Part shown: positions 63,130 to 64,000 of the stretch, one piece after another
Layout of the letters: each line of letters opens with the position of its first letter
Numbering within the stretch: the stretch's first letter is position 1
Source of the DNA: Thalia democratica
Taxonomy: Eukaryota
DNA: 64,000 nt
Assembly: GCA_965202585.1 (NCBI GenBank)
Contig: OZ241826.1
Coordinates: forward strand, 65,100,001-65,164,000
Reading direction: 5' to 3'
Position numbers and translations under genes: made by a program
The notes under the pieces: model-generated
Seen by the model: only the letters and a program-made list of their open reading frames with translations
Database searches by the model: none
What the model was told of the DNA's origin: nothing

Positions 63130-64000
63130 AAAGGTTGACAATTTGGTAGCAAAGTTGTGGACTGATTGTGGTACACTTAACTTATTATACTACCCATCAT
63201 AGTTAAATCCTACCTTATCTAATTAATATCTAACAAACACTAAATTCTAACTGAGACTACTTTCTATAATCAGACACGACAGTTTTGAGTGATGAATCTT
63301 TTATATAAAACACAACAAGAAATACTAGCATAAAGAAAATTATTAATTACTTTGGTAACACTTTAAAAACTGAAAGCTATTTAAATCTATATCAAAAGAC
63401 TTAAAACAAAAAAATAAAAATTAAGTAAAACTATTCGTAAACAAGAAACTGTAAAATTTTTAATAAACTATTAAACTATAAACCTGGATTAAATATTTAA
63501 ACAATTAAACACCTGTTGAAATATTCTTTTTTAAAACAAAACACTACTTACAATAAGCATTCAAAAAAACGTTCAAGATATTTTCTTGCTTCAAGCTACA
63601 CGCCAAACTAACTATCTGCTTACATATAAACTGCCTGTCATGTTCTGATGTTTTGTTGCATCAGTATTTAGTTTGAAACATTTCGTCATATGATTCTCAT
63701 TGGCTCGTACATTCAACCGTATTAACTCTAAATATTCTCTGAGCTCAACTTATACTTAACTTAACTAACAATAAATAATGCAAGTATTCCAAAGTTTTCA
63801 ATTTTATAACATATGTAAAGAGTTGCATTTCATGAAATGTTTATTTCATAGTTTAAATGTAAACAAATGTAAATTAGTCACGTTTAGAAAATGAGCCAAT
63901 CACGGTAGGTGTTTAATTTTAACTGACGAAAATAACTCTTATTAATTTACACAGGGTTTGTTTTTGAAAAATACTTTTCAGTATGCTCTTTTTTACTAAC

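Overview
Very AT-rich eukaryotic (metazoan) genomic DNA with GT-AG introns. No prokaryotic features, rRNA, tRNA or CRISPR array were found. An invertebrate deuterostome such as a tunicate is the best guess, inferred only from the WFIKKN architecture and base composition. Five spliced genes were assembled by hand: WFIKKN/GASP-like paralog a (+, 4942-11830; SP-follistatin/Kazal-Ig-Kunitz-Kunitz-NTR, no WAP seen); two head-to-head type-B carboxylesterases (A: -, 21394-14291; B: +, 23800-31976) with six identical internal exon sizes; WFIKKN-like paralog b (+, 37988-45522; SP-Kazal-Ig-Ig-Kunitz-Kunitz-NTR); and Speedy/RINGO A (-, 57877-48793). Mobile DNA includes a young 5'-truncated Penelope-like retroelement (RT+GIY-YIG) with a 160-bp inverted arm, and a decayed Penelope-like 3' end carrying an apparently intact minimal type I hammerhead ribozyme (34705-34764). 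There are also hAT and pogo/Tigger non-autonomous elements, a foldback MITE family with a telomere-like core, and a 125-bp unclassified repeat in six copies. The most notable observations are the hammerhead ribozyme, an in-frame TAA cutting esterase A off from an intact GPI-like tail that esterase B retains, the divergent WFIKKN architectures, and the modular telomere-core MITEs. All alignments and exon models were done by eye and some junctions remain unresolved.
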